A stretch of 64,000 bases of DNA from a virus. Of this stretch, positions 53,187 to 62,954 are shown piece by piece. Numbering within the stretch: the first letter of the stretch is position 1; each line of letters starts with the position of its first letter. Under the pieces are notes generated by a model. That model saw nothing but the letters and a program-made list of their open reading frames with translations. It did no database searches and was not told where the DNA came from. A program made the position numbers and the translations under genes. The stretch is from positions 64,001-128,000 of IMG/VR virus record IMGVR_UViG_3300045988_109366, one strand, 5' to 3'.

Positions 53187-54251
53187 ATGAAAGAAATTTT
53201 AAAATCAAGGAAGGTATTGGCCGAGGTAAACGGTTTCAATATCATGTCAGATACCTTATATGAGGTTGTAGGCAAACACGATGGAAGTGCTCCTCAGGCC
53301 TTTCAAGACGCTAATATAGCTAAAGCTCCGTTCCCGGAGAACGCCACTCACGTATGTTGCCCTTGGGATGATTTCTCCAAGGCCTATAACACCGGTTTTT
53401 ATCCAAGATCAAGATGCTATAATGGTCTTGACAAGAATGAGATCGACAGGCTCGTCAAACAGCGGGTAGATAATATCATGAAGCCTTTCGAGGAAATGTC
53501 GCAGATGGATCTATCTCAAACCAATTTAGAATTTTGGGATGACGCTAAAGATAAGATCTTCATGGGTAAGGTTTATAATACGGCTAATACCGTAGATCTA
53601 TTTTATTTATATCTGGCTGTATTTTCCGGCATGTTGACTCCTCAGGAAATGGATGGTGACCCTATTTTCATGAACTCCATGTTCTGTTTCGTAGAGAAAG
53701 ACAATATGAAGGATTTCGTTCAGCAGCGTGAGATCAATAAGATGAACATCAGCTATAAGTTTATCAGCGCCCTTAAGAAAGGCGGCGACGATCGTCAGGC
53801 TGTCATCGATCTTCTTCTTTACATCGGTATCGTAACTCGCCCGGATTTCACGGAGGATGAGTATTATACAGGATCTCTATCAAACTGGATGAATGAGAAG
53901 AAGACCAATGTTGATTATCTGCTTGATATCTGGGATCGGTCATTGGAAGGTGATTTCAAGGAAGTTCTTGAGTTTTACCGTATCGTAAACGTCCTTCAAC
54001 GAAATGGTCGTATCAATATGACTCCATCCGGATTACAATATAATGGCCAGATCATAGGGCCTGACGTTCGGACATCCGCTGAGTTCTTGGCTACCAAGAA
54101 AGACTTTATTAACATAAAGGCTAATGTATTGGATGAGTATGAGGAGATCATATCTATGTCTAATATCGATGATAAGTCCAAGACCAAGAAGGTTAAGGAT
54201 ATTAAGAAGAAGGATGACGTAGAGGAAGGTGATAAGGTTAAGGAGGAATAA
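53187..54251 (+). CDS. hypothetical structural-module protein
   Basis: ORF track. Confidence 0.55.
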   Translation: MKEILKSRKVLAEVNGFNIMSDTLYEVVGKHDGSAPQAFQDANIAKAPFPENATHVCCPWDDFSKAYNTGFYPRSRCYNGLDKNEIDRLVKQRVDNIMKPFEEMSQMDLSQTNLEFWDDAKDKIFMGKVYNTANTVDLFYLYLAVFSGMLTPQEMDGDPIFMNSMFCFVEKDNMKDFVQQREINKMNISYKFISALKKGGDDRQAVIDLLLYIGIVTRPDFTEDEYYTGSLSNWMNEKKTNVDYLLDIWDRSLEGDFKEVLEFYRIVNVLQRNGRINMTPSGLQYNGQIIGPDVRTSAEFLATKKDFINIKANVLDEYEEIISMSNIDDKSKTKKVKDIKKKDDVEEGDKVKEE

Positions 54252-54253
54252 CG

Positions 54254-54928
54254 ATGACAATCCAAGAAGCATATCTAAGGTCTTTGCAGAAGAACGAGCA
54301 GAATCTGGCCAATGGCGGGATTAAGCTTGATCCGGGAAGGTTCGTGCTGTTGTTCAACGAGGCCCAAGACCGGTTGGTTAAGTACTATCTAAATAGGAAG
54401 GATGACGAGACTATACGCTCCATCCAAAACCTTCTTGTTTATTGGATGTCGTTGGATAATGCGGGTAGGATAGATGACCCTGAGTCTACGTCCTTTAACT
54501 TACCTGACGACTATCTATGGTTCTCTAACATAAAAGGAGTTTTCTCATACAAAGGGTGTGAGGCCACTGATTTCGTTATGTGGGAGGCTAAGAACGAGAA
54601 TATCCATGAGCTTCTTGGAGACGAGAATAACCGTCCTTCTTATGACTACCGTGAGACATTCTACTCCATAGGGAACGGGAAGGTTGTGGTCTACGAGTCA
54701 GGCTTCCGTACCGAGGAGGTTAAGATGACGTACTACCGCCGTCCTGTCAGGGTGGACCTGTCTGGGTATATCAACGCCGCCGGTATCCAATCCACGGACA
54801 TCGACCCGGAGCTGCCCGATCCTTTGGTGGAGGAGATTCTGGATATGGTCGCTAAACAATTCAACCTTAATGAGAATGAATTGTATAGATATAGAATGGA
54901 TAAGGATAATGTGGCTTCCTTTAAATAA
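54254..54928 (+). CDS. hypothetical structural-module protein
   Basis: ORF track. Confidence 0.55.
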   Translation: MTIQEAYLRSLQKNEQNLANGGIKLDPGRFVLLFNEAQDRLVKYYLNRKDDETIRSIQNLLVYWMSLDNAGRIDDPESTSFNLPDDYLWFSNIKGVFSYKGCEATDFVMWEAKNENIHELLGDENNRPSYDYRETFYSIGNGKVVVYESGFRTEEVKMTYYRRPVRVDLSGYINAAGIQSTDIDPELPDPLVEEILDMVAKQFNLNENELYRYRMDKDNVASFK

Positions 54929-54948
54929 ACAACGTTAGTTTTGATTAT

Positions 54949-54983
54949 CCGGCCTGTCAGTTAAAAGACGGGCCGGTTTTTTT
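54949..54983 (+). terminator. intrinsic terminator between convergent genes
   Basis: CCGGCCTGTC agttaaaa GACGGGCCGG followed by TTTTTTT. Confidence 0.7.
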
Positions 54984-55728
54984 AACATCCTGTCACCGGA
55001 TTTATATTACCCCATCTTTTTTTCCATTTATCTCCAAGATACCTGATTAGGGCATTAAAGTCAGATATGAATCCACTTTCTATCATATCGGATATATACC
55101 CTTGGAGCATAACTATTTCTTGCGTCTGGTCAATAGAAGCGTAATTTCTTATTCCTTCTTCATGTTTACCAAATACCACATAATTCATTCCTTTTGCTAT
55201 TCTTGATATATATGCTGAAAATTCACTATTTGTTATATTGTCACATAACAAAGATCTAACATCCTTGCACATTTTTATATATGTATCTCCAGCTATATTC
55301 CTGTTTTTAACCAATCCGTCTGTAAGCCATATTACAACAGTAGCGTATATCTCCGGATCTAGTTCCATTGCTATAGTTACGAAAATATATGGATCTATGA
55401 ACCATTTTTGATCCCCTCTACCTCCTTTTCTATAGGCTAGTCCTATTTTTCTAAATTCTTTCAACGTTAGATTATCATAATCTATTCTCTTCTTTAAGCT
55501 ATCATTACCGTATCCTAATTGAGTCATCAATGCTCTTATCTTCTCCTTGAACCCTTGATTACGCAATACATCATTTATTTCTTTTGCGGATAAGTTCATT
55601 GATTCTCTTTTTTTCTTTATAGAATCCATAGCTTCTGTTATACACACATATCCATCTTTACTCATTATGGATACAGGGCTTCCTAAAAGAGTTCTACTCT
55701 CTGATTTTAAAATTAGATTTGATTTCAT
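54982..55728 (-). CDS. KilA-N-like domain protein, antisense to the structural operon
   Basis: GYVCITEAMD ... GGRGDQKWFIDPYIFVTIAMELDPEIYATVVIWL resembles the KilA-N core (G.TWVHP.LA..FA.WLSP.F...V..W). Confidence 0.5.
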   Translation of the reverse strand: MKSNLILKSESRTLLGSPVSIMSKDGYVCITEAMDSIKKKRESMNLSAKEINDVLRNQGFKEKIRALMTQLGYGNDSLKKRIDYDNLTLKEFRKIGLAYRKGGRGDQKWFIDPYIFVTIAMELDPEIYATVVIWLTDGLVKNRNIAGDTYIKMCKDVRSLLCDNITNSEFSAYISRIAKGMNYVVFGKHEEGIRNYASIDQTQEIVMLQGYISDMIESGFISDFNALIRYLGDKWKKRWGNINPVTGC

Positions 55729-55791
55729 AATTTTGTTTTTAAAAGTTTATGTAATATCGTGAATCGGTCTGTGATAGATAGATTCACGATG

Positions 55792-55799
55792 CAAATATA
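55792..55799 (-). promoter_or_regulatory. Bacteroidota-type -7 box (TATATTTG on minus strand)
   Basis: Within GATGCAAATATAAAT, which shares TGCAAATATAA with the boxes at 24842 and 34678. An 8-bp inverted repeat CGTGAATC/GATTCACG (55758-55765 / 55781-55788) lies between it and the ATG. Confidence 0.4.
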
Positions 55800-56096
55800 A
55801 ATAAATGGGATTTACTTTCAAAATATAATATAATTAATTGATAATCATGATTATAATAATGGGATTTATTATTTTTGTATATATTATTTGGTATTATTTC
55901 TCTGGAATCGGAGAAATCTCCGACTCCAGCAACTATTTATATATCAAATAGTTATATAAAAAACATCATAAATTGTTTCTATCGATTATCGTTAATTGTG
56001 GTAGTATATCAGTATATCCTATTTACAAAAAGTGTAATCCGTATTAATATTCATATACTCATGGTTGTACTTTATTGTCGTGATCGTCTTTATTAT

Positions 56097-56104
56097 TATG
56101 TTTG
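56097..56104 (+). promoter_or_regulatory. Bacteroidota-type -7 box TATGTTTG
   Basis: TAnnTTTG match 39 nt upstream of ATG 56143. Confidence 0.35.
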
Positions 56105-56142
56105 CGTTAGGTAAATGATTTTTAAACTAAAATATTAATTAT

Positions 56143-58116
56143 ATGTTGCACAGACCGCAAGACCGGGTACTTTTCGTATCCCCACACGCTAAGATGGTGG
56201 ATGTTGATTCCATCTTCTTGAAGGAAGGACAGATCGGTATTTACGATACTAAAGATACTTCCGAGAACGGTTGTAAGGCCGTGACTGATTTTACCGGTAA
56301 GCCTCGTAACGACAAGCGTTATGAGATCCGTATCGGTCGTAATGAACAAGCGGCTTCCCGCTCTATCTATGACAAGGATTTTTCCACGCCGTTATTCTCC
56401 TTGAACGAGATCACGGAGATCTACGCTTCTTGGCCGAAGAAAGATCATGCTTATGTCGATGATGTTATCTTAGGATACAACGGTGTGTCTGATGATACGG
56501 CATTCTCAGTTTCCAAAGGAGACCGTATCGCTATTCGCTTGGTTCTCGCTGGTCGTGCCTTCGAGCTTCTTGGCTATGAGGAGGGTCGTGTAGAGATCAA
56601 TGACGCTATCCTTTTGGATGATTGTGATAATACGCCAAATCAATGCGAGGAGTGTGATCCTTGCGAGGAGGTTGATTTGTTGCCCGCCGTATTGAAGTGT
56701 ATTGAGCGGATGAAGAATCAACCTATTGCTGGTGGTGGTAAGTTATCTGATTATATCGATATCACTCCGGTTACAAGATGCACCAACGAGGCTACGGAGC
56801 CTGAGACGGAGGACGTGAACTTCTATTGTATGGAGGTATGTGATACTGGTGATGATCTGGCCTTGGCTGAGGTTCGCGCCCAATATCCGGGGTTGAAGAT
56901 CGTTCGTGAGAGCATCAACGGCAGCATGTCACGTTATAAGGTGATGAAGAAAGGGGCTAAGCCTGATGATTATACTCAACGTCTTATCTCTATCATGAAA
57001 GGATGCGAGGAATGCCCGCCTAGCTATACTGAGGTTAAGGGTGGATACCTGTATTCCGTTTCGCTGGAGGATGATGGGGTGGATATGTCTTCTACTATCG
57101 AGTCTCTTCCTAACGTGGTTTCAGATACGGTTAATAAGATGAGCCAGATCAAGGGCACTGGTCTTTATATCGCCGCTACTTCAAAGAAATTGACCGATAA
57201 TGAGATCAAGACATTCGTAGACGCTAATCCTACTACGGTTATTTATTATGTCGCTAAGACTTCTGATATGTGTGAGAATCCTACGGTTCGTACCGCTTCT
57301 TGGTCAGCCTGCGGATCTTGCAAGGTATCTAAGGAGAAGTATTATATCACGATCCCGGACAACGAGTGTGGCGAAAGCGCTTTGGAGGAAATCAAGCAGG
57401 CGTTCCCGGAACTGGAGATCACTGACTACGGTACTCCTGCGGCTTGCCAGCATAGCTTCCAGACAGAGGTATATACCAACATGTTGTGTGATGAGTGCGA
57501 CAAGGTATTTGAAGGATTCTTCACCAGCGAGGCCCCGGCATCATACCGCAACAGGATGTGGAAGAAATTGGAATCAGCACAAGAGCTTGGTAGTAATTGT
57601 AAATGCGGTATCCGTTTCCGTGGCAAGGAAATGTTGTTATCTCCATCAGAGTGCTTGATGGATCAAATGACTTATATCGAGGATAGCGTGGAGATTGTAG
57701 GCGCTAGTGGCGGTTACCCCGATTCTTTGGATGAGGGTTCTCCTATATGGTGGGATCAGCTTCACTTCGAGAGATTGTCCAGCAAAGCACCACGTACTCA
57801 TGTCGGCGGTAATATGATGGATGATGAGTTGAAAGGATATGCTCACTTCAACGGTTTCCCGAAACATCAGGATTTCATGGGGCGGACGTTCATGAACGAA
57901 TATAGTCGTGTAGAGCAAACAGCTCAGTACGTTGACTTCCAGATTACGATTAATCCTCATAGATACTCTCAAGGATTCGGTAAGGTTCTCGCTGATGATC
58001 CTATCAACTTGATCTTACGTGTACGTTATGGCGCTCATGAGGGTGTTCAGGAGATGATCAATATGATCGGTGCTGCCGCTGGTCTTGGACCGGCCATCGT
58101 AACCGAGCCGAAATAA
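56143..58116 (+). CDS. large structural protein (function unknown)
   Basis: 657 aa with its own promoter-like box and terminator; Cys-rich central part. Confidence 0.55.
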   Translation: MLHRPQDRVLFVSPHAKMVDVDSIFLKEGQIGIYDTKDTSENGCKAVTDFTGKPRNDKRYEIRIGRNEQAASRSIYDKDFSTPLFSLNEITEIYASWPKKDHAYVDDVILGYNGVSDDTAFSVSKGDRIAIRLVLAGRAFELLGYEEGRVEINDAILLDDCDNTPNQCEECDPCEEVDLLPAVLKCIERMKNQPIAGGGKLSDYIDITPVTRCTNEATEPETEDVNFYCMEVCDTGDDLALAEVRAQYPGLKIVRESINGSMSRYKVMKKGAKPDDYTQRLISIMKGCEECPPSYTEVKGGYLYSVSLEDDGVDMSSTIESLPNVVSDTVNKMSQIKGTGLYIAATSKKLTDNEIKTFVDANPTTVIYYVAKTSDMCENPTVRTASWSACGSCKVSKEKYYITIPDNECGESALEEIKQAFPELEITDYGTPAACQHSFQTEVYTNMLCDECDKVFEGFFTSEAPASYRNRMWKKLESAQELGSNCKCGIRFRGKEMLLSPSECLMDQMTYIEDSVEIVGASGGYPDSLDEGSPIWWDQLHFERLSSKAPRTHVGGNMMDDELKGYAHFNGFPKHQDFMGRTFMNEYSRVEQTAQYVDFQITINPHRYSQGFGKVLADDPINLILRVRYGAHEGVQEMINMIGAAAGLGPAIVTEPK

Positions 58117-58145
58117 AGAACCTTTTTTGCGTTCATATATTTCCT

Positions 58146-58178
58146 AAAGGGGAGAGATTCAATTCTTTCCCCTTTTTT
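58146..58178 (+). terminator. intrinsic terminator
   Basis: AAGGGGAGAGA ttcaat TCTTTCCCCTT followed by TTTT. Confidence 0.65.
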
Positions 58179-58180
58179 AT

Positions 58181-58188
58181 TACCTTTG
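58181..58188 (+). promoter_or_regulatory. Bacteroidota-type -7 box TACCTTTG
   Basis: TAnnTTTG match 27 nt upstream of ATG 58215. Confidence 0.4.
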
Positions 58189-58214
58189 AAGCATAAGAAT
58201 TAAAATGTTGTAAT

Positions 58215-60548
58215 ATGTCAGCTATTAATGAGTATCTAAAGAGACTTGCTTCCATATTTGGTAGCATGGGTTTCTCTGTTCCGCCAGATGACTTCTCCGG
58301 TGTTGTTATAGACGGAAAGACGTATCCGGTCATGATGAGGAATGACGGGTGTTACGTATACTTCGATGATAAAGGAGTAAAGAGACTTGTAAGCGAGGTT
58401 CCTAAAAAGGACTATCAGTTCATTAACATCAAGGACGCCCGTGTGTCGATCGTCAACCAATGTTATCGTACTCCGGGAGGTCAGGTAGAGGCTCGTATCC
58501 ATACCTATATGAATAATAAGGGTGAGATATTGGCCGAGAAGATATTTATCATCAACTCCTCGGATGTTGATACGCCTATTGGTACGGAATTGGATAAGAT
58601 TCCTGCCGAGTGGGTAGCTATAGATTGTAGCATAGCGGAGATGACCGATCGGGAGTTGATATTCGTAAGTAAATGTTACGCCACGGAAGGGGGCAAGGTC
58701 CAGATCGAGGGCGTTGAGTCAGTAGACCCCCGCCTGAACCCGGAGGTATCCCATTATGAGGTGGTGAATACGACTGACGATAGCAATCCTATCGGTACGG
58801 AGTATGATAAGATACCCGATACATGGAGTCGTATAGTATGTGATTTCCCGGACATGACCCAAAGGGAGATAATACCGGTGCTTAAATGCTTTGATACCGG
58901 AACCGGAAGGGTGCAGATAGAGGGATATAAGATATTTGATTACGAGATGGGTACCAGAAAGGAATGGTATCGCGTCAAGCAAAGTACCGATCCTGAGAAT
59001 CCGGTAGGTAAGTTTATCACCAGCATAAGCGATGACTGGGTTGAGGTCGTTTGTGACTTCACGGATATGGAGGACCGGGATATTGAGGTAACTGTAGAAT
59101 GTTATAAGACACCGGCCGGTAAGGTGAAGCTGGAGGTTCTCACGTCATGGGACGGGAATATAGGAGTTAGGGATAAGAGCTATAAAGTCCTGGAGACTAC
59201 CGATCCGTCACAACCTGAGGGCGCCAGCTTCAGTTCCTTGCCAGATACGTGGGTAAGGACTGTCTGTGATTTCGACGATATGGAGGAGCGTGACATCAGG
59301 TCTTATGTCGAGTGTTATGACGGAGGCAATGGCAATGTCAAGCTTCGTAGGTTGGTTTCTTATGACTCCAAGATAAAGGCAAGATACGTCCGCTTCGAGG
59401 TGCTTGAATCGGATGACGCCGGCTTCGTTCCGGGGGCCGAACTGACTACCCTCCCGGACGGATTCTCTTTGGTGTCTTGTGATTTCACGGATATGGAAGA
59501 TAGGATGCCTATTGATATCGAGGAGTGTTACAAGACATCAGCCGGAAGCGTGCGTATGAGACATGTGGTGTCTTATGACGGTGATCTTGGGAAAAGAAAC
59601 CAGTTCTGGGAGATTGTGGACTCGTCTGATAATAGGTATGGGCTAGGAAATAGGATAAATAATATCCCTGCGGATTTTATCCGTGAAAGGTGTGCTCTAG
59701 AAAGGTTGGATGATCGTATTACCAGAAATGCGGTAGAATGTTACTCGACACCGGGAGGATCGGTAAGGATTAAATCCACTTACGTTATCAACCCTTTAAA
59801 TCATGTTAGGTCGTATAATCATCATGTATTGAGTTCTACAGACAATGATATCCATGTTGGTACTCAATATACCTCTTTGCCATCTAATTTCACTCGTATC
59901 GAATGCGAGGAGCCGGATTATATGGATCGACTTATCGATACCACTGAGACTTGTTATGATACCGGAAAGGGTACGGTGAAGATCAGGAGACAGGAGTCGT
60001 TGAACGGAAATCTGGATGTAAAGACTTTCGACTATAAGATCGTTGAGTCTACCGACCCCGATCATCCTATCAATACTACCCCTACGCAGACGGTTATTAA
60101 CGGCTGGACGGTTATCAGTTGTGATCTTAATATCATGGACGTGGATGATTGTTATGAGATTGGTGGTCATAAGATACATTTGAAGGGATTCAGGACAGTC
60201 AATCCGGCATTGCAGGATATTAAGTCTATATTGTATGTCGTGTACTCTGATCATCCTGATTATAATGTAGGTGATGAGCTTACGTCTATACCGGATGGGG
60301 CTAAGGTGACGATCTGCGATTACGCGGATAAGAGCCAAAGACATATGGTTCCGGTGCGAGAGTGCTATGAGGTGGCCGATGGCCGGTTCTATGTGGAGGG
60401 GAGCCGGTTGATTGATAACAATATGGTCGTAGAGCGGATGTCGTTGATGGTGATGGAGTCATCCTCTCCTACCTACCCGGTGGGGACTACGCTGACCGCC
60501 ATTCCTGTTGGCGCTACTATCGTGGCTTGTTTATGTCAAACCTGTTAA
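58215..60548 (+). CDS. structural protein built from ~10 tandem ~73-aa Cys-containing repeats
   Basis: Ten recurrences of (E)C(Y/F).T..G.V ... (S/T)(T/S)D...P.G.....(I/L)P..(W/F).....CDF.DM..R. Confidence 0.65.
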   Translation: MSAINEYLKRLASIFGSMGFSVPPDDFSGVVIDGKTYPVMMRNDGCYVYFDDKGVKRLVSEVPKKDYQFINIKDARVSIVNQCYRTPGGQVEARIHTYMNNKGEILAEKIFIINSSDVDTPIGTELDKIPAEWVAIDCSIAEMTDRELIFVSKCYATEGGKVQIEGVESVDPRLNPEVSHYEVVNTTDDSNPIGTEYDKIPDTWSRIVCDFPDMTQREIIPVLKCFDTGTGRVQIEGYKIFDYEMGTRKEWYRVKQSTDPENPVGKFITSISDDWVEVVCDFTDMEDRDIEVTVECYKTPAGKVKLEVLTSWDGNIGVRDKSYKVLETTDPSQPEGASFSSLPDTWVRTVCDFDDMEERDIRSYVECYDGGNGNVKLRRLVSYDSKIKARYVRFEVLESDDAGFVPGAELTTLPDGFSLVSCDFTDMEDRMPIDIEECYKTSAGSVRMRHVVSYDGDLGKRNQFWEIVDSSDNRYGLGNRINNIPADFIRERCALERLDDRITRNAVECYSTPGGSVRIKSTYVINPLNHVRSYNHHVLSSTDNDIHVGTQYTSLPSNFTRIECEEPDYMDRLIDTTETCYDTGKGTVKIRRQESLNGNLDVKTFDYKIVESTDPDHPINTTPTQTVINGWTVISCDLNIMDVDDCYEIGGHKIHLKGFRTVNPALQDIKSILYVVYSDHPDYNVGDELTSIPDGAKVTICDYADKSQRHMVPVRECYEVADGRFYVEGSRLIDNNMVVERMSLMVMESSSPTYPVGTTLTAIPVGATIVACLCQTC

Positions 60549-60559
60549 TCTGAACGGCT

Positions 60560-62953
60560 ATGGTTAAAGTATGTAATGATTATTTTATGATTGACGCCTT
60601 AGCCGGAGGTCAGGTCATAAGAAAAAGAAAGTATCGTCGTGAGAATACGATGATAGGATATAAGTGGTATGATTATAATGGGGTTGAGGTTATCGACCCC
60701 ATTGAGATATCACGTCTTGATAGTCTGGCTACCAAACATCAGCGTGTGGATCAGGCTTACGATGACCATGCTGTTTTCATGTCATCAACCAACTACGTCA
60801 ATAGCGTATCCGGTATCCCTATGGACAAACATATGGTTGTGGTCGAATGGAGGCCGGAAAGCGAACAGGGGTTTGTTACGATGGCTCATGAGCAAGGTCT
60901 GGAAGGTGATAGCTATTATATCGTTGTCATCAATACAGGTGATAAGCAGGCTACTATCTACACCCCCGTAGATCCCGAGGATCCAAAGGATGGTACCTCT
61001 AGGGCGGATGATGGCGATAATATCTCCGTGGGAGGATCTTATGTCTCTATATCCCCCAAGCAGGTAGAGCGGATAAGGGTTACTTTTCGTGATGGTAAAT
61101 GGTATTATGAGTTGGTTACCAAGACATATCCCAGCAATACCGGTGGTATTAAGATCGGTGATGTTGATTATGTTACTTTCAGGTATTTATGGGATGAGAG
61201 TTCGGGAAGGGATTTGGATACGATGACGGAGGCTCTCAACTCGAATGTCCCGACTATCGATAATCTTGGTGTTGGTTATAATGGCCCCGGTAACGGTGAT
61301 GAGTCCGTAAGGAGCGTGCTTAAATGGGGTGGTGATAACACCGGGCCTGGTAAGGAGTGTGTTTGGATGTCGGTAAAGGATCTAAGGGCACAGCATTATT
61401 CCACATTGCCGGATGAGACGCAATTCATGGCTTATGCTACATGGTTCACTTCTATAGGTACAGGTAAGTGTTCTTTTGAGCTTGTGGGTTACAAGGGCGG
61501 TACTATGAGCCAAGATGGATATAATTTTATAAATACCGGTGGATCTGTGGTGCATCAAAATACGTATGATTTTGTTTGTCATACCAGCAAAGGCTCATCT
61601 ACGTATAAGACATCCTACGAGAAGGTGGCTCGTGTTACCTATAATAAGCTCACTAACGAGGTTTATATGTCCATCGGTGACGCTATAGATCAGGAGGATA
61701 ATTATGATAAGCTGGAGCGGGAGATCAATAATATAAAGGAAAGACTTAGCGATGTCGAGAGCGAGTTGGCTGTCGTAAGACGTATAGCTGAGGGCAAGAA
61801 CACGGCGTATATCTTTGATACGGTCGATGCCATGAATGAGTGGCTGGCGGTTCCGGAGAACACGGCTAAGCTCCGTGTGGGAGACAGCTTCTGGATCAGG
61901 GAGCAGGAGGTACCTGATTATTGGTGGGATGGAACTCAGGCTTTAGAGCAGGAAGGCCCGAAGGTTGATTTATCTCCTTATTATACGAAAGACGAGATTA
62001 ATAATATTGTCAATGATATCAATCAGAAGATAGAGGATAAGAGTACGTCTATTATCTTCGATACTTATATCCAGATGAAGTCTTTCGTGGATGATCCAAC
62101 TAACGCCGATAAGCTTAAGGAAGGTACTATCTTGTTGATACGAGAAAAAAATGTACCTGATTATTATTACGATGGAGCTGGGATAGTTAAGATGGAAGCC
62201 GACGTAGAGCAATGCCTTTATGTTACTTTGACTAATAAGCCTACGGAAAGCACTATAAGTTATACCCAAGATCGGGAGGTGACTAATTTCGCTCCTGGAG
62301 CTATAGCTAGATGGGTTGACGCTGACGGCAATGACGTGTTTTATAAGCTTGTTGAGATAGTAGGTGGTAAGGCTAAGTGGATTACCCTTATCGATACTAA
62401 ATACGGTAATGTGACGATACAGAGTACTTATGACAAGAACTATGAGATCGTGAATATCGTATCTGGATCACGTTTACAAGCTATAAATAGCGATAAGGAT
62501 GAGATCAAGTTCGTTAATAGCGCTACCGGTAATGTTACTGTCGTGTTTAACGCCACGGTATCAGGAGGAGCCAAGAAACTTACGAGCCTGTTGGCCGTGA
62601 ACGAGGTGGTCCTTACACCGGGGGCGGCGGCGTCCTTTACCCGTACCGGCGAGAACTTCACCCTTTCCGATCTTTTTGGCGTTACGATCTTCCCCGATCT
62701 GGCGGATGCCAATCGTGAGGGTGAGTGGGTCATGAGCGTAGGCGTAACCGGTAAACCGATCCTTATGGAGGTAAAGGAGATGAGAAAATGGGATGAGAGT
62801 ATTGTCAGTGAACTTACTATTGATGAGCTTAACGAGAAGTTCCCTAACGTGGATATCGGATTCGCTGTCGTATGCAAGACCATCAACAAAGTATATGAGA
62901 TGGTTAATGGATATAAGGAATGGGTGTCTTATGATATAACCTCAATTAGTTGA
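60560..62953 (+). CDS. tail fibre-like protein
   Basis: 797 aa; coiled-coil segment KLEREINNIKERLSDVESELAVVRR; duplicated module ..IFDT......W/F.....N..KL..G......E..VPDY(WW/YY)DG. Confidence 0.5.
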   Translation: MVKVCNDYFMIDALAGGQVIRKRKYRRENTMIGYKWYDYNGVEVIDPIEISRLDSLATKHQRVDQAYDDHAVFMSSTNYVNSVSGIPMDKHMVVVEWRPESEQGFVTMAHEQGLEGDSYYIVVINTGDKQATIYTPVDPEDPKDGTSRADDGDNISVGGSYVSISPKQVERIRVTFRDGKWYYELVTKTYPSNTGGIKIGDVDYVTFRYLWDESSGRDLDTMTEALNSNVPTIDNLGVGYNGPGNGDESVRSVLKWGGDNTGPGKECVWMSVKDLRAQHYSTLPDETQFMAYATWFTSIGTGKCSFELVGYKGGTMSQDGYNFINTGGSVVHQNTYDFVCHTSKGSSTYKTSYEKVARVTYNKLTNEVYMSIGDAIDQEDNYDKLEREINNIKERLSDVESELAVVRRIAEGKNTAYIFDTVDAMNEWLAVPENTAKLRVGDSFWIREQEVPDYWWDGTQALEQEGPKVDLSPYYTKDEINNIVNDINQKIEDKSTSIIFDTYIQMKSFVDDPTNADKLKEGTILLIREKNVPDYYYDGAGIVKMEADVEQCLYVTLTNKPTESTISYTQDREVTNFAPGAIARWVDADGNDVFYKLVEIVGGKAKWITLIDTKYGNVTIQSTYDKNYEIVNIVSGSRLQAINSDKDEIKFVNSATGNVTVVFNATVSGGAKKLTSLLAVNEVVLTPGAAASFTRTGENFTLSDLFGVTIFPDLADANREGEWVMSVGVTGKPILMEVKEMRKWDESIVSELTIDELNEKFPNVDIGFAVVCKTINKVYEMVNGYKEWVSYDITSIS

Positions 62954-62954
62954 T

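Noticed and set aside
58215-62953. Diversity-generating retroelement targeting the tail or fibre proteins
   Set aside because: The window contains no reverse transcriptase and no near-identical template/variable repeat pair. The internal repeats are diverged protein-domain repeats.
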